This document shows, piece after piece, positions 49,901 to 63,600 of a stretch of DNA of 64,000 bases. The notes under the pieces are model-generated. The model was given only the letters and a program-made list of their open reading frames with translations. It made no database searches and was not told the DNA's origin. The DNA comes from Raillietiella orientalis (lineage: Eukaryota). Location: contig JAYWIR010000026.1 in NCBI GenBank assembly GCA_036172245.1, forward strand, positions 1,302,001 through 1,366,000. Reading direction: 5' to 3'. A program made the translations under genes and the position numbers. Each line of letters opens with the position of its first letter. Position 1 is the stretch's first letter.

Positions 49901-52900
49901 AGTAAAACATTACCACACAATGTCTCAACACGGAAGCTGCGTTCTCTGTGGATCCATGGGAAAGATGCGTTCGATGGTGGCGCGCGAAGGAGAGACGAAC
50001 TCCTGCGTGGAGCCCGTCGCTCGTTTGCTTCTCCTTCTCCAATCTGATTCCTCATGCTGTGAACTCAGAAGAATCCTGCACGGCGGGAAGTGGGACATCC
50101 GAACGGATCGAAGTTTCCGCGTCCTGAAACCCGACGCAGATCTGAAATGGAAGATCCTTGACTTCCAGTAGACGAGTCGTCATCAGCGTCCCCAATCTAC
50201 CTGCTGGTCAGCTTCAAACTACACCCTACTGAAAGGTCTCCATCCCCTTCGGCAGTGCATTTTCAGTAGTCAGTGGATTTTCGTTCTGCGCGGACTGATC
50301 ATCCATTCTCCGAAGTTTGTCCTCTCGTGAGGATCCCCGACGTGGAAGGATGGGTGGCAGGACTTCGGAAACGCTGTTTAGCTGAAGACATTCGAAAAAA
50401 AAAAAAAAAAAGTCTTCGCTTTATCCAGGTGAGGAAGAGTCTGGGAAGTGAGGGAGTCTGGGAAACTCCAGCTTGACCTCGATCGCAATTGATTTTGCAA
50501 GGTTGCACTGCAGAGAAGGCAGTCCTCCACGACAGCTACGCCAAACTGCCTGCCGTGGTCGTCAGGTGTTCATGGAGATCAAAGACTGACGACGTTGACT
50601 GCATCCTCAAGATCGAAATAGCTGTGTCCGTCGCATCTGGCCTCCTGCACGTGCCCCGTGTTTGAAAAACGATCACTGTGTGAAACGCTAAGCTGTCGTC
50701 ATGGACGCTTGGGAAAAGCTTTTGCATGGGGTGTCTCAGAGTGACGAGGCTGCGAGGAACGAATCCGGACCGACGGACACATAGACCACATCTGCCGCAT
50801 TCTTCACTTCCTGATTCTCCTAGGACACGAGCGCTCAGAAGTTTGCTCAAAGTTGCATCATTCGATCTCATCAGAAAGCCAATGCGCACTGTTGGCCTCA
50901 AGAGCTGAAATTATTTTTTTTTTTTTCGATGCAAGCTGAGCGAGGAGGTGATGTTTGCTCGTATTTCCCCCGCGGGGAAACCGCAAGCAACCCACGGCAA
51001 CCAACTCTCAACGGCGTCCAACATTTCTACGTCATCAACTCTCGAAGGTGATGACGTAGAAACACTGGACGCCGTTGTTCCAGTTGCTCAAAACAAGGAG
51101 CGCTCGCTTGAACTGCATGAACAGAAAGAGTGGTAATCTTCTATCGTCACAACCTCTGAATTTCATCTTGCAGCAGCCCACGGAATGATGTACTCTTCCG
51201 AAAGAAGGCTGTCGTTTGCGTTTCCCCGGTGACTTCAATCGATCTTCTACCTACTTCTTTGCTTTTCCCCCTCCGCCATCTCCAGTCTTGTAACCACAGT
51301 CGCACCGCTGCTGTTGCGCCAGCAGTCAAAGACGCTCTCGAAGTTCTTGCAAATTTGCTACCTGAACGACGGTTGCAGCTTGGCAGAGAAGCAACTTCCA
51401 GTTGCGATGGAAAATCTCCTGCTTTGAGGGAGTTGATGGAGGCCGGTGTCTCCATAAAGTGAAGACAACGCAGTGCTGAAGAGCGACAGCATGCCAAGAT
51501 AATCTTCCAGATGGGCGGATTCAGCATGCTGGAGTGATTTCGTGGATTCAGAGGAGCCCCAAACGGCGGTGGTCAGAGAAATTTTCACAGGGAACGGGAA
51601 GCGAATAACGCCGTGGCTCTGTAACTTGGCAGAACATGGCGGTTCCGTCTCACAGGCATCAGACGTTCTTCTTGCGGTGGGAGAAAGGCAACAGAGACTC
51701 CACGAAACCCCATTTTCCAGGTCGGTTGGAATCTGATCCTCAGCCGTGAAAAAAGGTTTGTTGTGATGAGGCGATGAGAAACATCGCTGCCACATTCCGG
51801 GAGCCATTCAACAGCCGCATCTGGCGGGAAAACAGCCCTCCCTTTTTCCTCCCCCCCGCTCCCCTCCTTCAAAAGAGAAAAAAAAAAAAGATTCAAGCGG
51901 ATTTCCTGCAATAAGGCTGCCCTCCGGAGCCAAGTGTGCAATCTAAAGGTGAAGTGAGCACACGCCTCCTGACACGTTGCAAAGGAATGGAAGGGTCGAG
52001 TCTCTCAGATAGCTTTCACCTTCACGTACCGATTTCACTGCGCCCTGCTGGCTGCGCAGCCCTCTGTGAGTAAGAAAGGATGACCTCTGTGAGTGAGGAG
52101 TGAGCACTCAGAATCCTCCCTGAGAGCATTGTCAGCATGATTTCTGCTCCATCATGAAAAATGAATGGATCGGAAGGAGGTCTTTAAATCATTTTTATAT
52201 CTTCAGGCTGGATGCTTCTTGTTGCCCGACTATCCGAAGGTGAGGGAGATAGTCTGCTTCCACCATAAAGAGTTTCTTTGTATTCATAGGCATGCTGGAG
52301 CCTTCCACTCTCTATCTTTCGAGCAGTACTTACTATCCACAGCTCGGGAATCAGCAGCACCCCACCCTTCCTCCTCCGTCTCCCTTGAGGGAAGCTTCGC
52401 CATAGCAAAAGCGAGACACTAACAAGGACATAAATTTGACCTGCTTCACTGCACTGCACCAGGGAAAGATTCCAGAATTCTTCTCCCTTCCTGCTTTTCC
52501 TCGGCTACGTGGCTTTCTTCAATTGGTGACGGCGTTCACCCGAAAACTTTCTCCAAACTTTCCAAGGGAACATCGTCTCTTCTTCGAGTGGTTCGTCTAT
52601 CCTCGGCCCGAAGGTACCGGAGCGCACCCCCAGCATGCACGTTTTCAGGCACAGGAAAATCCTCTCGGTCGGCATAACTCTTAATGGAAGAGATCGTACG
52701 GGAGAGAGAGCAGTGGCCGCCTGCTCTTACCAATCCTCTTGTTAAGAGGATCGGTAAGAACAGGCGGTTTCTCAATGGAGTTCCTAGGCAAGCAGGTGTG
52801 GTTTCCAAACAAGCAGGGGGGATTTGTGTAATTTCGATGCGAACAGGAGGATAAGCAGCCATGCTGCCCATAAAGGAGGAGCAGGCCAGAGTTTTGTTTA

Positions 52901-55380
52901 TACTGAAGGTAGCTTTGGTAATCAGAAACTGAAGATTGATGCGGGTAGGGAGGGCAGAATGATGAACACGAAAGGGCCGATTTTTTGTGTTGTTGCTTTT
53001 CCAAAGCAGGAAGAGGAGGAAGGGTTTCAGGAGATTCTGCTCGGAGGTTATTTCTTGAGACTCGTTCAACCGTTCCTAGAGACCAAGCAGACAGAAAAAA
53101 CTGCAGCTGGAGAAATCGCGGGATTTCTGCCCTTCGACATTTTCTTAGACCCCCGTTGTCCTTATTAACGCTCTGGTTTCATCTCTCTGATGACGATGCA
53201 TTGTAAGCTGCTGACCCCTGCTCAACGGTACTACCTTATCCAGGCGCTGAAATGAAACTCCAAGAAAAGTTCCTCCTCCAGAAGTCCGCCGAAGATGGAC
53301 ACGGTGGTCGCGGGAAGTATCAACTGATCCGGGTGCCTCCGCTGCCATTCAGTTTCATCAAAAGGGATGAAGTATCCTACACGACTACAGATGTTCCCGA
53401 TGGCACCTGGAACCGATTGCAAGGGATGAGAGACTCCCTAGATGTGAAGCTGCTTTTCGAAAGGATGGTGCCAACCACAAACATCCTCGACGATGGCCTC
53501 TCATCACGAATAGGAAACTACCAGAGGACTTTCCGATCTTGGATCGCAGCTTTTCCAGAAAGGTACTAAGAAACTGAGGAGACAAAACTCTCAGGGAGAG
53601 ACCATACAACGAGCAGTCCAGTCACTCGGAAGTCCCTCAATGAACCAATTTGTTCGTCTCCCACCAGAGACGAGGTTGTCCATGTGGAAGCTCTTCTCCT
53701 GAAAGCTCGTTGGTCGGTTTCCTGGCTGCTCCTTACTTGAGTCGGCGTGGGAAAAGAGCAGAACTGAAACCAAGGCGCGAGCCAGATGCCTCTTGGTAAG
53801 TGGGGGCCCCACCCTGAGACTTCAGAGCATCTAGAGAAACCCGAGCTGCGTCCCTCGAGGCGTCCTTCCAGGCATTCGGCTGGATGGCTTGTTGGCTTGA
53901 GAGAGTGGCTGAGTGGAGTGAATATGATATTCCATGTGGGGGATGTAATAGAAATTTTCATTTTTATTGGATTAGCACTAACGGTGATTTATGGGTATCG
54001 AATGTTGAGTAGATTGATAAGGGGTGTTACTGGTGTAGAGAGGGGTGTTGGTTAAATAATAGATATTGCGTTGTATTAATTGGGTTAAATGAAATGAGGA
54101 TGCTCAGCTCAACGCTAAGCATCCTCAGCTCTGGACGGCACTGTGCCGCGCTTTTTATCTCGTCACTGCAGTTGCTGAGGAACGACGACCGAACACCGTT
54201 GTGATCTTTAAAGAGTGATGATGTCCCTGAAAGGATAAATGGAGAGATGACAGTGCACACTTTGTGGGGTTTCAATGGCTATCTTTGGAAAAAACAGAAG
54301 GAAGAGGTGAAAACTCTTCAGCCTTGCCATCCTATCCTACGGAACACTCTGGAGAGGAGAAAGGAGAAGGGGAACGCTGAAGATCTCGAATGCAAGAGAG
54401 GAGTCATGATCCACTGAATTGGTGGTCGATTTTGTTGATAAGAGGTCTACATTTTTATATTTCGAAGGGCCAGCATGCACATCCGTTATCCTCCATGAAT
54501 GACATGCTAAAAGGATGATCAGCAGCCTCAGCTTCGAAAGGAAATTGGAACGGCAAGGGGGTGAATTCTTGAGTAATGTTGCTGATGATCTTGAAGCTGA
54601 GCCAATTTTTGCCACCCAAGGCGGGGTCACGCTGGTTTTTGCATCCCTGTACCTCTGCAAGCTTCGAGTTACTTCTCCTTATGGTAAGAGCACAAAGTGG
54701 ACCACAAGAAATGGCGCCTCAAGGTTCGAAAGAAAAATCACTTTTGCCTTTTCTGTGTCGTGACCTCCCTGTCTCCTCCTCCTATTCTATTACTGCTTAT
54801 CTTACTACTAGTAGTAATAGTTCGCCGTCCTTTTGCGTAGAGTCAGGTTCGGCCGATCCTAAAGGCTGTAAAGGCTGGTCTCGTAGAACCCTCAACCTCC
54901 ACATCATATCTTTGGAGGTGTCGCTGGAGTGTTCATGCTACAGCCAAGATCTGCATCGAATGCGGCTCCAGGCAAGTTCGTACCCAAACACTTGTGCGTG
55001 CACCTTCGCAAGCCTCCTTCTGTTTACCAGGGTGTGAGGGGCCTCCATACGACGGCGAAACGCCATAGGGCAGGAACGGCCGATTCCTGGATTTTTGGTA
55101 CAGGTTCGACGCTCGAGAGCCATGCATTTTCAGGGCCGGTTGCTTCGACAAGGAAGACATTGCTCACTTCTCTTAGGTCTCTGTGGTTGGTTGCCACCGT
55201 CCTGCCGCCCACAGTAACCGACGTCTCTCATGAGATCCGATGAGTCGCTCCCAAATCCAACGTTTGGTTGGTCCCGTGGAGCTCGTTCTGCTCTTCAAAA
55301 GGAGTCTGCTGATAATGCTCACAGATCTGGCAGCCCTGACGTTCAGTGTTCCAGCAAATCTGGGCTTGAGAATGGGATGA
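47000..55380 (-). mobile_element. Long co-oriented stretch of RTE-like LINE relics (endonuclease to C-terminus, with at least one internal repetition and foreign inserts)
   Basis: Reading the minus strand downward: GTLNVR and LIGSHERRR (~55340-55220); SKYKNVDLLST (~54450); LYGDTG..SRRFSIATG (~51450); LHADDSIAL...GRRTGLSAK (~49350-49250); NDSVLPS...HLRT (~47520); IRNRRQQWVQG (~47250). This is the canonical RTE domain order. Confidence 0.6.
53890..54100 (+). pseudogene. ND5: Probable NUMT: mitochondrial NADH dehydrogenase subunit 5 fragment
   Basis: Abrupt G/T-rich, nearly C-free block. The mt-code reading EIFIFIGLALTVIYGYRMLSSLMSG resembles the ND5 helix F....GLTV.YS.RL......G. Only one motif is recognisable. 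Confidence 0.55.
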
Positions 55381-57054
55381 GAGCATCCCGGCCCGTGGTC
55401 TTTTGTTTCCACAACCTCCTGAGGTGCTGCGAGAAGCTTTGAGCGAAACTAGACGCTAGATGGTCCCACTCTTCTCCTGCATCCAGCTCATGTGACCCAC
55501 TTTGCTCATGTGACTTTGTGTTCGCTGCAGGTCTCTGAGGGAGATCCTTATAGCTTCGTTCTGGACGGGCACGATGTTCATCTTTTGTTAGTGGCAATAG
55601 CAGTAGAGCACCTCCTCCTCGTCGTCGTCATCATCGCCGTCTTCCAGAAAACCAGTTTCATTTTCCAGATCTCACCGGTATTGAGCCACCCAGAAGAACT
55701 CATAACCGTGAGTTTATCTTGGATCCGCATGAATCCCCTCACGCTCTGGAAGGCCCTGGAGATCTTCTGATGGTGCAAATGACCTTGGCAAGAAGCACGC
55801 GCATCCACTTCCAGAACTTGGAGCAGAGAGCAGTCCGCGGTGAGGGGCATCACCGAGGTGAGGCGTTCGAGCCAATGTCCATTCCTTTCAGCTACCCACG
55901 GGACGTAGAGGGATGCGCGAAATTCACAAGCTCCAGGTGGAAAAATGGCGCCCTAGGAAACCTCGGGGATAATGATGAGGATATCCTCGCTGAGGCACAG
56001 GATGTGACCACAGTGGCTGCCAACGCAGCATCGCTCTCCGGACAGGACACCCACGTGGCACAGAAGCCGTGGTCATCCGCCTCTGCTCCTTCCTCTTCTG
56101 CCATTCCCCTTACTCCGAGCGTTAGTTCCAGGCCGCAGAATTTTGAACGAAACTTTCAGATGCTTCACGACGGTCTCAGCGACCCGGCGTCCTGCCCGAG
56201 GTCAACATTACCTCCTCTTGCTTTCTGTTGGGGGAATAAGAGAGGAAGAGGGGGGAAGATGCCCAGGAAGAGGAGGAGGAAGGAAGGAAAGAGTTGAAAA
56301 ATCTTTCTCTTGGTGCTCCTGTGAGATAAGTACCGTGATGGACCGAATAGCTGGATACCTAAGTTATATTAGAGATGGGGTGGGGGGAAAAAGGAAGAGA
56401 GAGAGAGGAGGTTAAGGGGAAGGAGGGAAGGAAGTAAAAATAATTCCAGAAACGGGCCTTTGCCACGTGAGGCGTTTCTCCTCGTTCCCTCCGCTCGGAG
56501 CGCACTCGCGTCTTCGCCCCTTCGCCAGCGCGGTTTTCCGAGATGCTCGGACGAAGCGCGCACGACCGGTAACGTACCAGAGGTGACCTTGAAGTGTCTC
56601 GGTCTCTGGAGACGTGCCCTTCTTCCGAGACGCCTGCACGGCAACTTAATGGCGCGCTGCAAGACCATTGCTCGCTCCGAACCGATCTCCTCGTGCAAGC
56701 GGAAGGGCGCTCTCCAGCTCCGTTGTCATGGCTTTCCGCCGTGACATACCATCCAAGCTCTTGGGAGCGATTATCGCTCTTTCCCGCCGAGATCTCCGGA
56801 GGAGCGGTCTCTCAGAAAGATCGCCGCCCGAGCCACTCCAGGGATCCCTGACGGAGCTTGGAACCGGGTGAGAGCAGAGGGGCGGTACGGGACGCTCCCG
56901 CGCTTTCGGCCAGGGATGTATGAGGTGGATGGGATGTTCCTTCCTTGCCTTCCCGTCTCCGGAAGGCAGGGAAGGCGCACGTGCGCGAGTGCGGAGAGAC
57001 CAACGTCTCTCATCGTGACATCACTCCTTATCCTCCACTCGCTACTGAGTCCAG

Positions 57055-57350
57055 AGATTTCTTCTTCCTCTTCTCCTCCTTCTCCTCATCTCCCTTCATC
57101 CTTTTCTCACCTTTTTTTTTTTGTTCTTTTTTCCAGCTCGCCACAGGACAACGCAGATAACCAGCCAGCCTCCCCGCAAATGGCACTTCGAGGTTGTTCT
57201 CTCCCTCGACTTCTCGCACCAGCTAAAGGTTTTTCGACTCTCCCCACTTCCTCTTCCTTCTCTCCTTCCTTCCTGCTCCTCTTCCTCCTCTTCTTCATTC
57301 ACTTTTCCTTCCTTCATCCACATTTTCCCTTTCCTTCTTTCCCTTGTTCC
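57055..57350. repeat. Polypyrimidine low-complexity tracts
   Basis: Nearly purine-free C/T runs at ~57055-57135 and ~57240-57350. Confidence 0.85.
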
Positions 57351-59799
57351 CGTCACGATCCTTGTTCACCTCAGCAGGACGACGGGCCACCACGGTGGTC
57401 ATGAAGCACACGCGCTCTGCTGAGAGCCATCTCGCTGCTCCCGACCTCCCTCTTTAGAAAAAGAAACGCTCTGGGCACCGCGTGGTGCTCTGAGTAAGGA
57501 CCACCAAAATGCGTGGGAAATGGAGGAGCAGACGGGAAGAGGGAAGGGGAAGACGCCTGGAGTTCACCGTCCGGAAGGCGTCCCTTCCTTCTCCGGCGAC
57601 TCAGCTCCAAGGAAAGCAGACCCAGGACTCGTTCCCTAGGTTGTTTCCTTCCTCTCTCTCTCCGGAAGTCTATCCCTATCCGTATTGCCAGTGCTTTTTC
57701 CCGGAGAATTTCAACGCTTTTCGAAAGACACCCGAGGTATTACGACACACGGCTCCTCTTCCCCTTTACTCCACCTTCCCTCCAGAAGTGATCGGGGAAG
57801 ACGGAGACCTTCCCTCGACTCCTCGGAGCCAACCACAGTTGCCTCGGCCGGTGCTGCAGCTCTTTGCAGATCGTTCCCGCGATAACCGAGCCGCCCACTC
57901 CAGGACCGACCGACGAGTCCAGGACCCAACCAGAGGATCCCCTTTCCCCTCAAGACTCTTGAGAGTTTCCAGGATTCCCTTTCGCCTCTAAGGGGGTGTT
58001 GCGGCTGTGTGCCAGCCCTCCCCAGGGGCGGCCACCTACTCTCCGAGGAACACGAGAGTGCCGGGGGGAGGAGACGGAAGCCCTCTCGTAGAAACAGCGG
58101 ACTTTGGCAAAGGCCGCGGAGGGAAGACGAAGTGCTGCAGCGTCTCCTCGCTAAAGACCCCTCCAAGATTGCCTCTCCGACACTCAAGTCGTCTGGGAGA
58201 CTTCTGCAAGTTTGCGGATTCTGGGAGCACCTCCGCAGCATCCTCACTCTTTGAGATGTCTCTCTCCCCCGCCCTTCTTCAAGAGGGACTGAGGTGGTTG
58301 TTCCCGAGGGAGCACCAGGACCGCCGTTCGCCCTTGCTTGGGCCTCTGAGGAACCGCAATGCTGGATGGCAGCGTCTTCGGTTCTGCAGCGGCGAAGGGG
58401 ACAAAGTTCCCTTGCATGGACCCTTCCTCTTACCCTCCTCCTCCCTTCCTCCCTCCTTTTGCACGGACTGGGACGGGCGAGTGAGTCAGAGTCTCCGCCA
58501 AAGGAAAAGACGGCGGCAGCACCTTTGCGCCAACTCGAGAAGCGTCGTGCGCTCTTGGAGAGGACCGGAGGTCCTTCTCATCATCTCCCGCGAGCTCGGT
58601 GGAGGGGCGCAGACTTCAAGGCTGGAAAGAGCGGATGCACGCCTCGAAGGTCTTCGATCTCTCCTGCAGACCACGGGTCCTTCGGGAGAGCTCCACCAGA
58701 CTGCAATGGGGAGGTCGCGCGCGAATTTTTTCCAAGCAGTCCAGGCGGCGCCCTCCCTTCCAGGGTCCGGCAACCTTCCCTTTATGCAGACAACTCAGTG
58801 ACCTCCGTGGGAAGACCCTGGTCAGCAGCGCGAACCGCCCGGAGGCGGCTTCCGCGGAACCCTCCCATTGCCAGGCAACCGTCCAGAACGGAAGCGTGCC
58901 TCTCCCCTCTCCCTGCCTGCGTTGCCGGCTCCGGCCCGCAGAAAGCAGGAAGCCGAAGCGTCTCCCGGAGTCTGCCATTCGCGGTGCTCGCCTGCGGGCG
59001 TCGCGATCCAGAGCGAGCGGTCTCCTTGATGCTGAGGGAGGAAAGCCCTCCGTTCCTCTCTCTCGCCCTCCCCGATGCCTGCGGCGGTTTTGTGACTCGG
59101 ATAGAGGACCCGCTTAACGCACATGCCTACCGCCCTCTAGTATCGTCCTTTCTACCCTTGCGTCTTCCTTTGTGCCACCGAGGGACAGACTAGGGTCGCC
59201 TTCTCCCGCCAACGGGCGCAGCAGCCTCGAAGAGCTCATTTGCCTGCTGTATGCCTGAGCGTCGGCTCTGGCCTCTCACCCCCAACCCCCATCCCCACCC
59301 AAAGGGCGCGTCCTCAGGGAACGACGGAACGAAACTTTTCCCTCTCCTCCTCCGTTTACTGCCCCCATCTCATCACTCGGCTCGGAAGCCTCGCCGGAAG
59401 GGGTCGTCTTCGCCCCTGACGGCGGCCGGAATCGGAAGCGGTGGCAGTGGCGCTCGCGATGCCCGGAGGCGGATTCCGGCGGCAGGGTGACGACGGGCGC
59501 GACTGGAGGGCGCGCTTCTCAGGAGGTGAGGCGTAGTGGCAAGGGGGGGGCCTTCCTTCCCTTCGATGATTTTTTGCCCGCGGCGGCGGCGACTTCGTGA
59601 CGTCTCCAGCCGCAGAGACCGGAAGATGCTGGACACTGGAAGCGATGCGCTGTCCTCTCCGGAGGAACGCGACAGAGGAGGGGGACGGGGCACGGAGCGA
59701 GCTTTCGGAAGTTCCTTCATCCCTCCTCTCTTCCCTCTCGAATGACCCTTGGCGCTCGCGGGAATGCGCCAAGAAAATGAAGGCCGGGGCAGTCCCGCG

Positions 59800-59980
59800 A
59801 CCCGCTGGTCACTCGTCGTCCGGGGAGGAGGAGGAGGCGGAGAGGAGGTCAAAGAACCGTCTCCGTCGAGAAGGAGGGGAAGGAGCATCCGGCTTGGCGG
59901 GAACGACGCCCGGCTGGAGGCGAAGTCCAGTGTTTGGGGAGAAGCTGGGGGCGAAGAGTGGGGAAAGGGAAAAGTAGCCC
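59800..59980 (+). mobile_element. Possible APE endonuclease relic (R1/Jockey/I-like)
   Basis: IRLGGNDARLEAKSSVWGEAGGEEWGK resembles I..GGDFNAKS..WG......RG. Confidence 0.3.
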
Positions 59981-61399
59981 AAGTGGGGAAGACTGCCTTC
60001 GTCCTCTTCGCCTGCTGCTGAGCTGCTGCTCCCAGGCATCCCTCCTCTCGCTGCGGGTTGGGTCCAGCGGACAGGATTGCCCTACCGCAGGACAGGAGAA
60101 TCCGAGATGCGTCGCTCACAAAGACGTCCGGTCGATCCCTCCCGCGATGGCGGGAAGTCGGCTCGCATGATTACGCCCCCTTCCCCTCTTTAATTCTGGA
60201 TCGTCCAGACGGGGCGCGTCCTTTGTTAGGCAACTCTCCTTCGCGCCTTCTAAACGAAAAGGGTACCTGCAAAAAGGAGGGAAAAGAAGGGTGGGGCTGG
60301 CTTTCCTGCAATGGGCGACCGCGCGCAGCCTTCCCGCCTTCCGATCTTCTCAGCCCTCTTCCCTTCGCCCAAGAGCCAGCCCAACTCCCCTATTTCGGGA
60401 AGAGGAGAGATCAAACACGGTGCCCTCCTTCTGGATGCTCCAGGAGACGACCCCGCGAAGGAGAGGTCCCGTCCGGCCGACGGGAGAGAAACGGAGCTGC
60501 CCCTGCTTTCAAGTGGCATGTCCTCAACCCATGAGCGCCCCCCCCCCCCCTCCAGCACGCGTTCTCCAGCGGCGTTCCCATACTCGGTCGAACCCCTTCC
60601 CAGGAAGGCCCCTCCGCGACCCCTCCGTGATCATCCAACGTGCCCAAGATGGCTTCCGGTCCACATGAAGGAACAGCCTCGCGGACCGGGATCCAGGGAT
60701 GGCCGGGCTTGATTCAAAAACAGGGAAGCGTTTCTACTTGGAAGCGATCAATCCACTGCTCCGACCCCCACTCAGTCCGTGGAGCAGGTCGGATCTGCCG
60801 CTACTTCCGTGCAACCGGTCGTCATAACAGCACTTCTCCTTAGTGATGGGGTGCGGTTGGGTTGGTGTGGTGCTGGATAAGTCAGGGGAACGGAAGGGCC
60901 AACAGGGAGATTCCCTGTCACTCCTGAGCGCAAATCCGAGCCCGTGGGCACCCGGGACGAGCTCTGTATTCTCCTCCAGTTTCCTACCACCTGTGGGAGG
61001 GGTGTTTCTGGGAAACCGTGGGGTGCACTTGAGTGCAGAGAGGGAGAAAGGCTGGGGGTGACCTTTCCGAAGAGCGGATCGAATATTTCCTGGGATTTTT
61101 GGAATGTGCGCGAAAAGTGATCGAGGGAGCAGCTTCCACCCCCTCTTCCTCTCTCCACCCTGCCCCTCCTAAGAAAGCCTCTTGAATCCGCAAGATTACA
61201 GTCTCCTCGAGGGATTTTCCCGTTCACGACGCTCCCGGGACGTCCTCGCGCGCGAAAGCGCGGGAGAGCACTGCTCAGGGGAGCGGAAAGAGTTGTGGAA
61301 GCGGAGGACATGAAGGGACATGCGGACCATTCCTTCTAGCGGGTAATAGGAAACCGGGAGGACCATCGAGATTTATCTGGACTGCCGTCCTCCATCGCC

Positions 61400-61850
61400 C
61401 ATACAGACGGGGGTGAGCAAATCGGTCACGAAGCGCGATACGTCGAGAGACTGACGATTCACGAAGGCCACCATCATTGGATGGTGACCTTCGTGAATCT
61501 TCTTCATTCCGTCCGCAAATTTGGAGCTCAAGACGGACCGACTCCCACGTGTGAAATCCCCTTGGATCGAACTTGGGGAAGACGGTCGTCGGAGACCTCC
61601 TCCCGGTTCCCCAGGAAGCCGAAAGCCCATGGGCGCAGAGCGGCTCTGTGGTGCCGGAGACCGGAAAGCTTCCATCGCCAGCCTCCGCACGTCTCGAGTT
61701 GAGTCCTCTCGTCTCCGTCAATCCATCCATCTTCCATCTTCGCAGATCACGTGCCGGGATTTCTCTCGCTGCTGATCGGTGGCTCCCCCGGCTGGCGACT
61801 TGCGTCTCTTTCTTCTCGGAGAACACCCTGGGGAAGCGGCGCGTCTCTTT
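61400..61850 (-). mobile_element. RTE-like APE endonuclease relic
   Basis: ARDLRRWKMDGLTETR...GDGSFPVSG (ORF 61275-) resembles AREL.RYK.DI.GLSETR....G.TF..SG. Confidence 0.45.
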
Positions 61851-63179
61851 CCTTGCGGACTTAAAGAGCCACAGCGATGGGAAAGGAGAAAAAGAAGAGG
61901 TCATCTTCTTTACGAGCCAGGTCTTCGGCAACCCGACTTGCCAGTTTTCGTCCTTACCGGAGCGGGGAAGAGCAGGGGGGGGGAGGGAGGGGGGAAAGGA
62001 AATCTGCAATTCCTTAGGAGGGAGGGAAGGTCAGCTCATGTTTCCACCTGCACGGATGGACCAGTCTCACCAGGCAGTGGTAGCCAGTTCTGTCTGAGGA
62101 GTCCACTGCCCTCCGAAATGGTAAGAGAGGGGAGGGGACATGTGATGGTCCAGGGAGAAGCTGGAAAAAGCTTCCTGCACACACCCTTTGCCGTTCAACG
62201 AGCCCCATGCTAACCCTGCGTTTCCATGATCACGTCCCAGTGCACCGGACAGGTGCAGGGCGAGTGACAGTCGAGGCGTTAGGAGATGGGTCACGAAAGA
62301 ACCAAGTGCGTCAGTGTTCCGTGACTACGAGCGGCACCTCCACTCCAGCTGCCACCTTCGTCTTCCCGGAGGAAGCGATGGCGCCTTTCGTGCCTGGGCT
62401 GCTCTCCCCACCGAATTCCCATCCACGAGCACAGACGGATCTCCCTCGATGGCCACGCAGAAGGAGGAATCCAGATATCCTCATGGCATGATGCGACAGG
62501 CTAGGCGCGTCCTAAGAGGTCAGTGCTGCCCTACACCGCGTTTACTCAGCCCAACGAACCCGTTAAGCGGATTCGCGCCGAGATCTCACCCTCGCGACGA
62601 GCGGGAAGGCCACACCGGGGAGATGGGCGGTGGGTCTGAATGCCCCGTAGCATCAGCGCTCCCTCGTAATCGCTCTTCGCCGATGACACAGAACGGACAG
62701 AGAGGCGCTAGACGAAAATGACCGTAAAGGCTCCTCCTCCACATCCTCAGGCCGAGAGAGGTTCCAGGACGAAGAGGGGGCCTCCAAAATCACAGTCTTT
62801 CGCAGCAGGAAAGAGCAGCCAAAGGAGCAACGCTACCCGCGCTCAAGAATCAGCCAGCCAGGAAGGGATGAGTGCTCCTCGTGAGCCCGCGGAAGGCAGT
62901 GGGAGCTCCCTTCGGACTGCGGTCCCAGCGAAGATGATTCTTTTCCATGGATACGTCTGGTCCTCTGGTTTCCGTCTGGTCCCGTCTGGTCATGGGAAAC
63001 ACTCTGGCAGATGCCACGGGAGCGACGGACACTCTTGGTTTTCCCTCCTCTCTCTTTCGGAGCTGGACTGTCAACTTTGGAAGAGTCCGAACGGCGTCTC
63101 TTTGGATGGATTCGCTGTACCGCCTGAAGCACATTCTACCAGGCTCTGCTAAAAAGCGTTTGACAATGCGAGAATGAAT

Positions 63180-63600
63180 AACAAGACAAGCAGTGCTGAG
63201 CCGCCATTAGCCTCACCTCGGATCATCCTTCTCACTTCTCAGTGAGAATGATCCCGGGCCCTCGTCATCCTCCGCATCTTCCGTTCGAGCCACCTCATGA
63301 AACCGGATCGCACAGCGTCTCTCGCCTGGAAGGTTCTGCTGGAACCGGCGTCGCATTCCGTTCTCCTGGATCGTACCTCGCTTGATCTCGGGTACGAGCC
63401 CTTCCTGATCGGGGAAGATGTTTCAGAGTGCTTGGTCGTTCGGATGGAAGTCGAGTACCACTGCTACTCCGCCCCCTTTTTTTTTTCTTTTTTTCGTTTT
63501 GTTTTCCCCCTCCGGGATCAGATCTTCCTGTCAGGAGTCTTCCGTCCCGAAAGATTAACAGACGAGAAGCCCGGGCACCTGAGATTGCGGGGATATCGAG
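63180..63600 (+). mobile_element. Possible non-LTR RT N-terminal relic
   Basis: AISLTS (cf. RPISLTS) followed at a plausible spacing by AFRSPGS (cf. Q.GFR.GRS). Weak. Confidence 0.3.
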
